From an uncultured bacterium (GTDB lineage: Bacteria; Chloroflexota; UBA5177; JANWHV01): 64,000 bases of DNA. The notes below the pieces were generated by a model. The model made no database searches. It was given only the letters and a program-made list of their open reading frames with translations, and was not told the origin of the DNA. The position numbers and the translations under genes are program-made. Positions within the stretch are counted from its first letter, which is position 1. Every line of letters starts with the position of its first letter. The stretch lies in the NCBI GenBank assembly GCA_963729625.1, contig CAVSOU010000008.1, forward strand, positions 864,001 to 928,000. Reading direction: 5' to 3'. Of this stretch, positions 39,417-48,522 are shown piece by piece.

Positions 39417-40706
39417 CTACGCTGGGACTGCCTGGAGCGCCCATGGGCTTGTCTTCACCACGCGGGCGCGCACCAGCCGTCCACGAAGCATCTCCACACC
39501 TCGAGGCATATAGACAAGCTTGCCAGACCGCGTGCGCCCCCGCCATTGCGGCGTATCTTTGCGTGCCGATTGCGCGTCCTCGATCAGCGCCTCCACGGTC
39601 GTGTCCAGGAAAGCCGCGTTCCGGCGCGCGGCTATCGGCTCCTGAAGCGCCTCGACGCGATGGAGCCGCTCCTCCTTGACTTCTTGCGGAATGTCGTCAT
39701 CCCAGGTGGCGGAGACTGTGCCCTCGCGCGGCGAATAGCACGCCGTATGCACTTTGTCGAATTCGCATGCCGCGAGCACGGAGAGCGTTTGTTGGAATTG
39801 TGCTTCCGTCTCACCGGGGAATCCCACGATGATATCAGTCGACAGCGCGACCCCAGGCACGGACGCTCTTATGCGCTCAGCGAGCTCCACGCATGCGGCG
39901 CCGGTGTATCCTCGCCGCATTCGGCGCAGCACGACGTCGTCGCCTGACTGGATCGCTACGTGAATGTGCTCGCATACGCGGGATAGCCGCGCGACCGCCT
40001 CGATCAATCGCTGGTCCATGTTGCGTGGATGTGAGGTCATGAAGCGCACGCGCTCGAGCCCGGGCACCGCATCGACAGCTTGGAGCAGATCGGCGAGGTG
40101 ACTGCGGTCCGGAAGGTCGCGCCCGTAGGTGTCGATGTTCTGGCCGAGAAGCGTCACTTCCTTCACGCCGCGCGTGACAAAGGCCGCGACATCTTCCACC
40201 ACGTCTTCCACCGGCCTGCTACGTTCTCGACCTCGCCGGTACGGGACGATACAGAACGTGCAGAACTTGTTGCAGCCCTGCATGACGGTGAGATAGGTGC
40301 TGACTGGCTGCTCGTAACTCATGACGGGTTCCTGTACGAGTGGAAGACCTGTAATCTCCCGCGCCTCGAGCTGGCTCAAAAAGTGGTCGATCGCGCCCGG
40401 CCGAAAAAAGAAGTCCACCATGGGTAGCTTTCGCTCCATGGCCGCGAGGTCCGGCTCGACGGAGCAGCCCGTCAGCGCGATCATCAAGTCGGGATCGTAC
40501 CGTTTACGATACGCCAGCGCGCCGAGCTGGCCTTGCACACGCTGCTCGGCGCTCTCGCGCACCGTGCAGGAATTGAGTATGACCAGGTCGGCGTCTTCGA
40601 GCGAGGCGACAGGCTTCAGGCCGCGTTTCCGCAGGGCAAGAGAAATCGCCGCACTCTCGGCTACGTTCATCTGGCAGCCGATTGTCCAGACATGAAAACG
40701 GTGCAT
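39417..40706 (-). CDS. miaB: tRNA methylthiotransferase MiaB
   Basis: TIGCQMN, NSCTVRESAE, GCNKFCTFCIVPY, LLGQN, STDIIVGFPGET, TRAM C-terminus. Confidence 0.95.
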   Translation of the reverse strand: MHRFHVWTIGCQMNVAESAAISLALRKRGLKPVASLEDADLVILNSCTVRESAEQRVQGQLGALAYRKRYDPDLMIALTGCSVEPDLAAMERKLPMVDFFFRPGAIDHFLSQLEAREITGLPLVQEPVMSYEQPVSTYLTVMQGCNKFCTFCIVPYRRGRERSRPVEDVVEDVAAFVTRGVKEVTLLGQNIDTYGRDLPDRSHLADLLQAVDAVPGLERVRFMTSHPRNMDQRLIEAVARLSRVCEHIHVAIQSGDDVVLRRMRRGYTGAACVELAERIRASVPGVALSTDIIVGFPGETEAQFQQTLSVLAACEFDKVHTACYSPREGTVSATWDDDIPQEVKEERLHRVEALQEPIAARRNAAFLDTTVEALIEDAQSARKDTPQWRGRTRSGKLVYMPRGVEMLRGRLVRARVVKTSPWALQAVPA

Positions 40707-40803
40707 GTGCGCGCTTGCCGCCCCTCCAGAATGTACAACGATGCTAACGGCATCACATTATGTTGTCAACCAGCCACGGTATACTGCACCCATCTGGACG
40801 CTC

Positions 40804-41697
40804 ATGTCGGACCTACTCGGGAGCGCCTCGTTGAACAATGAGCTCGAGTGCTGGAGTGCGTGGCTGCTACAGTCGCGTCTTCGCGGACCTCGCGGGAAAG
40901 ATACACTCGATTTTCTCACCTCGATTCGCGATCGAGTTTTGGACCGTGCGCAACTTAGCCCGGGCGACTACGTACTTGATATCGGGTCGGGCTATGGACT
41001 GCTTGCTTTCGGCGCACTCCACCGTGTCGGTAACGCTGGTCTGGTAGTCGTCGACGACATTTCGCAAGAGGTGCTGGACGAGTGCGCGCGGATTGCGGAC
41101 GCCGCCCAGGTCGCGCATCGGATGCGCTTCATTCGTAACAGCGCTGTGGAGCTTGCAGACGTACCCGATGCGTCGATCGACGCGGTTCTCACGCGCTCGG
41201 TGCTCATGTACGTGCACGATAAGCGCTCCGTAGTCGCAGAGATTCGCCGCGTGCTGCGCCCAGGCGGACGTATCTCACTGTTCGAGCCCGTCACCACGGT
41301 TGCAATGGATAGACCACTGTTCGGCGTCGATCCCGGGCCCGTTGCCGATCTTGCCGCTCGTGTCGAGGATGCTCTCGATGCATCACAGGGCTCGGACCCC
41401 TCCGTCGCGCCGGACTCCGACGAGCGCGAACTCTTTCGTCTCTTTGACGGAGCGGCGTTCTCGCGCCTGGATCTTGAGCTCCACCTTGGACTTCGGCGCG
41501 AGCGCAAAGACGGACACTGGTTTGACGCCATGCTGGACGGCGGCGTCCACTCGCACGCGGGCACCCTGCGGGAAGCCGTCGAAAAGGCGCTCAGCCCTGA
41601 GGACGCCGATCGCTACCTTGACTACTATCGGCACGCTGCGTCTGGCGCGGGTGTTGCAATACGACACGCTTATGTGTACTTGAGCGGGTGCATCTGA
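40804..41697 (+). CDS. Class I SAM-dependent methyltransferase
   Basis: VLDIGSGYG, TRSVLMYV, RVLRPGGRISLFEP. Start uncertain. Confidence 0.88.
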   Translation: MSDLLGSASLNNELECWSAWLLQSRLRGPRGKDTLDFLTSIRDRVLDRAQLSPGDYVLDIGSGYGLLAFGALHRVGNAGLVVVDDISQEVLDECARIADAAQVAHRMRFIRNSAVELADVPDASIDAVLTRSVLMYVHDKRSVVAEIRRVLRPGGRISLFEPVTTVAMDRPLFGVDPGPVADLAARVEDALDASQGSDPSVAPDSDERELFRLFDGAAFSRLDLELHLGLRRERKDGHWFDAMLDGGVHSHAGTLREAVEKALSPEDADRYLDYYRHAASGAGVAIRHAYVYLSGCI

Positions 41698-41777
41698 CGC
41701 GCCGGCGACCGCGTCCGAATCGCGCGTTTCGGTCGCAATGGACTGCTTGAAGCCGGTATCGCTGAAGAATAGGGGTG

Positions 41778-41786
41778 TGCTATAAT
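41778..41786 (+). promoter_or_regulatory. Consensus extended -10 (TGCTATAAT) upstream of the vWA operon
   Basis: Perfect TGnTATAAT about 150 nt before the vWA start. Confidence 0.6.
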
Positions 41787-41932
41787 CGAACCGCCCAGAG
41801 CATGGGCAGTGCCACGGCTCTTGGCTGGAAGCGAGACGTCGTCCCCTGTGCATTTGAGTTATCCGGTGTGACATGACTCCGGAATGGTCGCTCAAGTCGT
41901 GCAGTGCTACCTGTAAGGAGAGCTGATCCTCC

Positions 41933-43219
41933 ATGCCGACTACCCTTGAGATCATACCCGCTTACGCCAACATCCCCGTTGCTTCCCCTGCGGCGAACTA
42001 TGCGGCAGTCAGGATCCATCCGGATATCGCTGTCCGGGCCCGCCCACAGGTGCAGATCGGCCTCGTTATCGATACCAGTGGCAGCATGGATGGTCAGATA
42101 CAGGCGCGCGGTCAGAGGAAGATCGATCTTGTGAAAGCCGCGGCTGCCAACGTCGTGAACCAGCTTCAGGATGGCGATGCCATCTGCCTCATTGCCTTCT
42201 CGGATCGCGTTCAGATTCTTGTGCCTGCAACCGTAGTAGGGAGCGATCGGACCCGGCTCCTTAACGCGATACGCAATCTTCGCGCCGACGGCGGCACGCT
42301 GATGGGCGATGGTATCGCGGCGGCCCAGCAACAGTTCTATGCCCTGCCCGCGCAAAGTGCCGTGCGCAAGATCGTGGTGCTCACCGATGGCCAGACCAAC
42401 GACGAGGATCGCTGCTATCAGCTCGCGGAGCAGACGCAAATACCGCTCATGCTCGGAGGCATCGGCGATGACTATAACGGACGCCTACTCACCGAGATGT
42501 CCCGGAGCGCGCGCGGAGTGTCCGAGTATATGGATCGCGCCGAGTCCGTGGGAGATTTCTTCAAAGAAGTCCTGGTAACCGTCCAGTCAACCATTCTCAC
42601 GAACGCGGTGCTGCTCATGGACTATCGCCAGCGGTTCCGCCCAAAGCGGATCCATGAAGTAGCTCCCGAGCTGAAGTCGTTTGACTTTACCCCAGTCACG
42701 CCTACCAACCGCCATACCGAAGTGAAGCTGGGCGACGTTCAGCGTGATGGAATGACCCTGCTCGTGGAGTACATTTATGAGGGCGGGGCCGGGTTTGCTA
42801 GCGAGTTCCAGGTGGCCACTCTGACCTTACGGTACGACCAGCCGCCGAACAGCGGGCTTGAAGTCCGCTCAGACGACTTCACCGTGCAATTGGCTGACGT
42901 AACGGGTTTTCCGCCGATGAATCCCGATGTCAAGCAATATGTGGACCACGCGGCAGTCGAGACTGCTCAGACGCAACTGCTGCAGGCTGCTCAGGCCGGC
43001 GACGTGTCGGGCGCGACGCAGAAGCTCAATATTCTGCAGCAGAGCCTCGAGCGCGTTGGAGCGGATCCGAACTTCATTCAGCAGACGGTCAGCACGATGA
43101 AGCTGCAGCTCAAGGACGCGGGGAGTACCGCCGCAATCGCCGACTCCTCGGCTACCAAGAAGTTGACAAGCGGCACGAGAAAACTCGTGCTGCCTCAGAA
43201 TCAAGATCAGGGTTCTTGA
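41933..43219 (+). CDS. von Willebrand factor A (MIDAS) domain protein
   Basis: DTSGSM, GGT, LTDG MIDAS residues, beta-rich middle, helical C-terminus ending TKKLTSGTRKL. AAGGAG RBS. Confidence 0.92.
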   Translation: MPTTLEIIPAYANIPVASPAANYAAVRIHPDIAVRARPQVQIGLVIDTSGSMDGQIQARGQRKIDLVKAAAANVVNQLQDGDAICLIAFSDRVQILVPATVVGSDRTRLLNAIRNLRADGGTLMGDGIAAAQQQFYALPAQSAVRKIVVLTDGQTNDEDRCYQLAEQTQIPLMLGGIGDDYNGRLLTEMSRSARGVSEYMDRAESVGDFFKEVLVTVQSTILTNAVLLMDYRQRFRPKRIHEVAPELKSFDFTPVTPTNRHTEVKLGDVQRDGMTLLVEYIYEGGAGFASEFQVATLTLRYDQPPNSGLEVRSDDFTVQLADVTGFPPMNPDVKQYVDHAAVETAQTQLLQAAQAGDVSGATQKLNILQQSLERVGADPNFIQQTVSTMKLQLKDAGSTAAIADSSATKKLTSGTRKLVLPQNQDQGS

Positions 43220-43360
43220 GGGCATACCCGCCGTTTCTTGCCGGGAGCGGGACGAACCGGAACGGCAGTCCTGCGACGTGGGGAATCTCAGCGGTTGGCG
43301 GCTTCAGCCCTCTCGGCGTTGGCGGAGCGTAGCGGAGTCAAGTGAAAGGATCGTTTGACC

Positions 43361-44125
43361 ATGGTTAAGTGCCCGCAATGCGGTGCGGAGAACTTCCCCG
43401 GTATGGCGTACTGCGAGCAATGTGGCACGGCGCTCCCCACTCCGGAGGTCGCGGTCGCACCGACTCCGGAGACCGCTCAAGCTCCCACGGGCGATACAAG
43501 CGCGGCGGATGCGATTTCCGGCGCTCAAGCACTGATCGACCAGCTCGGAGACGACACGTCCAATGCCGGGCCCACCGCGCAGGAAGCAACGCACCCGGTT
43601 GCGGCCGCAGACGGCGTTGCCTCAGGCCCTGCTGCAGTCGCCGCGCCTGCTGACAACGCGGCGATCGACGCTTCGCCGGCCGCCGCCTCTGCTGCAGGTT
43701 CCGCGCCCATCGACGTCCCTGCCTCCGCTGCGCCCGCACCGGCTCCGCCTGACGGCGCCGCAAGCGGATTCCCGCAGACAGCTGTACCTCTGCCTGCGGC
43801 CACGCTCACGATCACGTTCTCTGACGGCGCCACATTTACTGTGAAGCAAGATGTAGTCAATGTCGGCCGTGCCGACATTGCTCAGAACTGGCATCCAGAG
43901 TTGGACGTCATTCCGTTTGGCGGAGGGGATCCGAATTTCGGCGTGTCACGGCACCAGGCAGTGATACGGCGCGATGGCAGCGCGTTCTCAATCCTCGATG
44001 TCGGCTCAACCAATGGCACGTACGTCAACGGACGCATGCTCGACTACAATAAAGCGGTCGAGCTGCATGACGGCGATGCTATTGCCTTCGGCGCGTTCAA
44101 CGGCAAGATCGGTATCGGTGCCTAA
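43361..44125 (+). CDS. Zinc ribbon + disordered linker + FHA domain protein
   Basis: CPQCG...YCEQCG and the FHA signature VGR...VSRHQA...DVGSTNGTYVNG. Confidence 0.92.
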   Translation: MVKCPQCGAENFPGMAYCEQCGTALPTPEVAVAPTPETAQAPTGDTSAADAISGAQALIDQLGDDTSNAGPTAQEATHPVAAADGVASGPAAVAAPADNAAIDASPAAASAAGSAPIDVPASAAPAPAPPDGAASGFPQTAVPLPAATLTITFSDGATFTVKQDVVNVGRADIAQNWHPELDVIPFGGGDPNFGVSRHQAVIRRDGSAFSILDVGSTNGTYVNGRMLDYNKAVELHDGDAIAFGAFNGKIGIGA

Positions 44126-44155
44126 CGGACGAGTCGATTGCGAACGAGGAGCACT

Positions 44156-44839
44156 ATGGGCAGAATCTGGCGCGTGTTTGGACGCGGCACGAGCGGAGAT
44201 ACGGACCGTCAGAGCGGTACAGATAGGCAAGACAGCACGCACGTGGGAGCCTTTTCGATGAGTGAGACAGGTGGCCAGGCGTCCGCCTCCGACCGCGGGC
44301 CCGACGATACCGCGGAGGACCCCGGCAAAGGAAGTCGCCAGCCAGAGGCTCCGACTGCCGCTGCAGACGGCGAACAGGCCTTGCGGCATGCCGACGCGGT
44401 GCAACAGCCCGCTGTGCGTACTCAGGCTGAAGGTGGTAACACGACGCGCGCCGAGACCCTCCCGACCGCGCCGATACAAGATCCCGACTCAGCGCTCGTC
44501 GCGCCCTCACTCGCGGCCCCTGCGCCAGCAGGTGACGAGACCCTTCCCGTGGCGCCGCTGGTAGAAGCTCCCGATCTAACTCTCGCCCTAGCAGCCGAAG
44601 CCACCCTCCCTGCGGGAAACGAATCCCGCGAGGCGGCAGCAGGCGCTGCAGTGAGCAACGTCGAATCACCTGCGCCAGGAGCGCCGCAGGACCATGACAC
44701 TGCGCCGCAGGCAGAGGTTCCGCCCAGATCAGTGACTCCGACACCGGATCGCCGGAGAGCATCGCGCCTCTGGCCTCCGCGTCGGAGATGGCAATCGGTA
44801 CGCTGCTTGCCGACCGCTTCACCGTCCTGCGCGAGCTGA
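44156..44839 (+). CDS. Low-complexity ORF, probably the frameshifted N-terminal part of the PP2C gene
   Basis: GAGGAG RBS, Ala/Pro/acidic composition that turns Arg-rich after about 44720, overlap with the next ORF. Confidence 0.6.
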   Translation: MGRIWRVFGRGTSGDTDRQSGTDRQDSTHVGAFSMSETGGQASASDRGPDDTAEDPGKGSRQPEAPTAAADGEQALRHADAVQQPAVRTQAEGGNTTRAETLPTAPIQDPDSALVAPSLAAPAPAGDETLPVAPLVEAPDLTLALAAEATLPAGNESREAAAGAAVSNVESPAPGAPQDHDTAPQAEVPPRSVTPTPDRRRASRLWPPRRRWQSVRCLPTASPSCAS

Positions 44840-45900
44840 CGCCCGATGCGGCGTCCACGCTACTGGGAGGACCCCTTCCTTCCGACACAACGACTTTCTA
44901 TGCGGTCGAAGATCGTGTCTACAACGAGCATTGCTGGGCCTGTGGCTCGACGCACAACGATCCAAGCGATCACACGCAGCGCTTCTGTGTTGACTGCGGA
45001 GCGCCAAGACAGCACGAGTGGGTTCTCGCGCGCGCCGCCGCGCCGGCGGGCACCTCTGATGAGATTGACTACGGAGATGCCTTCTACCGCGTCCTGCACC
45101 GGCGCAAGCAGTTTGGCAGCGGCGGCATGGCGGTTGAGGTGGCTGCATTTAGCGCCGAGGGGCCCCATCACCCCAACGAAGATAGCTGTTGGACCGCAGT
45201 GATGTCAGGCTGCTACAACTCCAAGGCGGACGCAGTTTGCGTCGCGGTGGTGGCCGATGGGATGGGCGGCTATGCTCCAGGAAGCGGACTGATCAGTAAA
45301 GAGATCGTGAGCACTGTCGGCACCTACGTTTTCGGCCGGATCACCGTCGATCGCGAAAGCGCCCTCAGCGATGCTGATCTGCGCGGCACCGTGCGCGAGG
45401 CCATCGCGGAGGCCAATCGCAGAGTACTGGAAGAAATTGCCAGACATGGCGAGATGGGTGCGACGCTCGTTGTGGCGATAATCTACGGGCGCACGGCTTA
45501 TTTGGCGAACATAGGCGATAGCAGGGCGTACTACGTGTCGCCATCGGGCGAAGTCGAACAGATCACGCGTGACCAATCACTCGTCCAGCAGCAAGTCTCG
45601 CTTGGCCTGATGCGCGCCGATGCCGTGTTCACGGCAGCAGGTAACAATGTGATTCTCCACGCGGTGGGCGAGGAGCGCGTTGAAGAGGTGTTCGACTGGT
45701 ACGTACAGGTACTTGAGCCGAACTGCTGTGTGCTGCTCTGTACGGATGGCTACTGGAAAACCATGCGACAGGATATCTGGAGCATCTCCTCTCCACCTGT
45801 GGAATCATCGTTGCATGGCCTCGCAGAGAGGCTGGTGCAGACGGCGATTGACCAGAACTCGGATGACAATACGTCCGTCATCCTGATCGGCGTCGAGTAG
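44788..45900 (+). CDS. Zinc ribbon + PP2C/PPM family Ser/Thr phosphatase
   Basis: CWACG...FCVDCG, NEDS, VADGMGG, ANIGDSRAY, ITRDQS, LCTDG, DNTS. Confidence 0.9.
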   Translation: MAIGTLLADRFTVLRELTPDAASTLLGGPLPSDTTTFYAVEDRVYNEHCWACGSTHNDPSDHTQRFCVDCGAPRQHEWVLARAAAPAGTSDEIDYGDAFYRVLHRRKQFGSGGMAVEVAAFSAEGPHHPNEDSCWTAVMSGCYNSKADAVCVAVVADGMGGYAPGSGLISKEIVSTVGTYVFGRITVDRESALSDADLRGTVREAIAEANRRVLEEIARHGEMGATLVVAIIYGRTAYLANIGDSRAYYVSPSGEVEQITRDQSLVQQQVSLGLMRADAVFTAAGNNVILHAVGEERVEEVFDWYVQVLEPNCCVLLCTDGYWKTMRQDIWSISSPPVESSLHGLAERLVQTAIDQNSDDNTSVILIGVE

Positions 45901-45938
45901 CTGTAGTCGGCGTGCCGCCAGCATACTAGGGAAACGTC

Positions 45939-46502
45939 ATGGGCATCCTGGAACGTGCAGCGAACCTGCTCGAACGTGTGCAGGGCCGGACGACGGCGAT
46001 GACACAGCAGGCAGCCCGACGCGTGCGCTGCGCCCCAGAGATCGCGGCTCTCGATGGGCGCCTCGCGACTCTCCGAGCTCAGCTCGAGCAATCCGTGTCC
46101 GAGGTCGGAAAGCTCGCTTTTCGCCAGTGGAAGAACGGCGACGCCAGCCAAGCCGATGCCATAAAGGCGCTATGCCGGGCCATCGACGGCATGAACGGCG
46201 ACTACCAGCAGCTGCTCGGCGAACTTGCGGATCTCAGAGCCTCGGCGTCAGTTCCCACCGCGCGGGTGGAGCTGTCCCGTTCGAGCTGCTACATCGCTCT
46301 TGGCTCTGCACAGCCCGCGGCGTCGGCAGCTGAGCAAGTAGATGCTAGTTTGGCCTCGGCTCGTACCGGTGGCATCCTGGGTACGCATGGCGTTGGAGCG
46401 GAGCTGGTCACGCCAGGTCGGACGAAGCGATGTCCTGAGTGCTTCGCGGATGTACCAGGATCTCAGCAGTACTGCCCTACGTGTGGCATTCGCATGGAGT
46501 GA
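45939..46502 (+). CDS. Coiled-coil protein with C-terminal zinc ribbon
   Basis: Amphipathic N-terminus, heptad helices, CPEC...YCPTCG. Confidence 0.8.
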   Translation: MGILERAANLLERVQGRTTAMTQQAARRVRCAPEIAALDGRLATLRAQLEQSVSEVGKLAFRQWKNGDASQADAIKALCRAIDGMNGDYQQLLGELADLRASASVPTARVELSRSSCYIALGSAQPAASAAEQVDASLASARTGGILGTHGVGAELVTPGRTKRCPECFADVPGSQQYCPTCGIRME

Positions 46503-46511
46503 GATAGATTG

Positions 46512-47018
46512 ATGGACGTGCTCAAGGCTGCAGGTAGGGTGGGCTCGGCCGGGCGTCACGTGGTGGCCGCCGCGGTGCAGCAGAAGCAACTGGAGACAGA
46601 ACGAGAGGTCCTCGCCGAGCTGCGTTCCGACGCTCTTACCCTGAGGGCGCAGATCGGCGAGGAGATGTTCAAGCTCTGGAAGGCTGGACAACCGTGCCCG
46701 CGCTGGCTCGACGAGATCTGCCAGTCCCTGGAAAGCACTTCCGCGGCTATTGCCCGGCAGCGCGCGATCATCGCTCAACTAGTCGAGGGCGGCGTACCTG
46801 CCGGCGACAACGAGACTCACCAGACCGTAACGGCGCCAGCGATCGAAGTGGTCGAGGCGCCTGCCACGCTCCTTGAGGCCGAGCCTGCTTCGCCTCCGCG
46901 GATTACGGCCGGCACGATACCGCAACCCGACCCGCCGTGCGTCACGTGCCCTAGCTGTGGTGAAGCCGAAGTGGGCGGAAGGCGCTTCTGCGGTTTCTGC
47001 GGAACAAAGCTTTCGTAG
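46512..47018 (+). CDS. Coiled-coil protein with C-terminal zinc ribbon (paralog of the upstream gene)
   Basis: IGEEMFKLWKAG...ICQSLE matches VGKLAFRQWKNG...LCRAID of the upstream gene. CPSCG...FCGFCG. Confidence 0.8.
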   Translation: MDVLKAAGRVGSAGRHVVAAAVQQKQLETEREVLAELRSDALTLRAQIGEEMFKLWKAGQPCPRWLDEICQSLESTSAAIARQRAIIAQLVEGGVPAGDNETHQTVTAPAIEVVEAPATLLEAEPASPPRITAGTIPQPDPPCVTCPSCGEAEVGGRRFCGFCGTKLS

Positions 47019-47129
47019 GCTGCTGCTACCACACGCATCCGGGCGCGGGCTGGCGGAGATCCGTGCCCGCCAGGTACACTAACAGCGCGCCTGGCCGGCA
47101 ACAACGATGGCTATAGTTGGAGATAGAGC

Positions 47130-48326
47130 ATGCCCGACGACGAGAGCGATGATCAGCCTGGTGAGAATCCGGGCGTAGAGCCCGAGGGGGACTCGGAGGA
47201 GCGGCCCAGCAAAGGTCCGGTCACCGTGCAACGGCGCACGCGCAGGCCGCGCCCGGTGCCGCGTACGGGGTATGTCCCCGGTCGCCGGCCGCGCGTGGAA
47301 GAGACCCATTCGATGAGTCCCTACGTCGTGCCGGTCGTGGCACTTGTCGCACTCGTGGCGCTGCTCCTAGCGCTCGTCGTCGCCAAGGTGCACAATTCGA
47401 CTACCGCATCTCCGGGCCCAACGGCGACGGCGACGGTAGCCCCGGTGACCCCCAGCGCGACACCGCGCCCGACGAGCACGCCGATGAAGATTGCGACGCC
47501 GCTCACGACGAAGGCCGGCGTGGCGGCAGAGGTGAATGGCGAGTCGATTCCTATGAGCCTCTACGTGGACTACTCCAACTCAGCGCTCAACCAGCTTCAG
47601 GTGGATCACCAGGACGCCACCACGGGCGCGACAATCAAGGCTGTCGACGTGCGAACAGCGGCGGGGAAGGCGGCTGTGAAGAAGACGCGGCAGCAGATTC
47701 TGGACAGTTTGGTCAAGAACTACCTTCTCGTCGCGTACGCGCGGGATCATCATCTGATGCCGACCCAGCTGGAAATCACCACCGTTCTCTCCGGGTACTA
47801 TAGCCAGGGCGGCGGCAAGGACGCCTTCATGAAGATGGCGCAGGACCAGGGATTCTCGGCTGCCGACGTCAATGAGATAGCGTCGACAACGGCAGCCATC
47901 CAATCCGTGATGACCAAGGTGACCGCGAATGTTTCCTGCAAGCCATGCGGCGAGCGACACGCGCGTCACATTCTGCTCAAGGCGACGGACCAGAAGCTGG
48001 CGTTGACTGTAGCGAAGCACTTGCAGGCAGACAAGGGGTCAGATTTCGCGGCCTACGCCAAGAAGTACTCGACCGACACCGGTAGCGCCAAGCAGGGCGG
48101 AGACCTGGGTTGGTTCGCCCAGACCGACATGGTGAAGGAATTCGGCGATGCTGCGTTTGCGCTCAAGATCGGCCAGGTGAGCAATCCGGTAAAGTCTACC
48201 TACGGCTGGCACGTGATTCAAGTCCTGGGCGAGCGTGCTTCGGCGACTCAGAAGAGCGACTACTTCACTGCATGGGCGAGCAAGCTGCAGAAGACATCGG
48301 TTGAGCACACGTACGTGAAGATATAG
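47130..48326 (+). CDS. Membrane-anchored PrsA/SurA-like parvulin peptidyl-prolyl isomerase
   Basis: TM helix, Thr/Pro linker, AEVNGESI, ARHIL, YSTDTGS..QGGDLGWF, VKSTYGWHVI. Confidence 0.92.
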   Translation: MPDDESDDQPGENPGVEPEGDSEERPSKGPVTVQRRTRRPRPVPRTGYVPGRRPRVEETHSMSPYVVPVVALVALVALLLALVVAKVHNSTTASPGPTATATVAPVTPSATPRPTSTPMKIATPLTTKAGVAAEVNGESIPMSLYVDYSNSALNQLQVDHQDATTGATIKAVDVRTAAGKAAVKKTRQQILDSLVKNYLLVAYARDHHLMPTQLEITTVLSGYYSQGGGKDAFMKMAQDQGFSAADVNEIASTTAAIQSVMTKVTANVSCKPCGERHARHILLKATDQKLALTVAKHLQADKGSDFAAYAKKYSTDTGSAKQGGDLGWFAQTDMVKEFGDAAFALKIGQVSNPVKSTYGWHVIQVLGERASATQKSDYFTAWASKLQKTSVEHTYVKI

Positions 48327-48359
48327 GCGATCGGCGTATCTCTTCGGCTGAGAGATCTG

Positions 48360-48388
48360 GGAGGCCGCCTCTGTTCAGGGCGGCCTCC
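48360..48388. terminator. GC-rich hairpin after the PPIase gene
   Basis: GGAGGCCGCC/GGCGGCCTCC 10-bp stem with no U-tract. Confidence 0.4.
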
Positions 48389-48522
48389 TGGCGTCGGGCG
48401 AGAGGTTCGTCGCCGTCGCCTGAAGCAGCACGGAGTTTGGCGTATCGCTCTTGGACGATGCTGGTACACTCCTCACCAGGCTGGAGAGAAGGCCCAGCTT
48501 CCAGCGGTCTGCGAGGAGTTCC

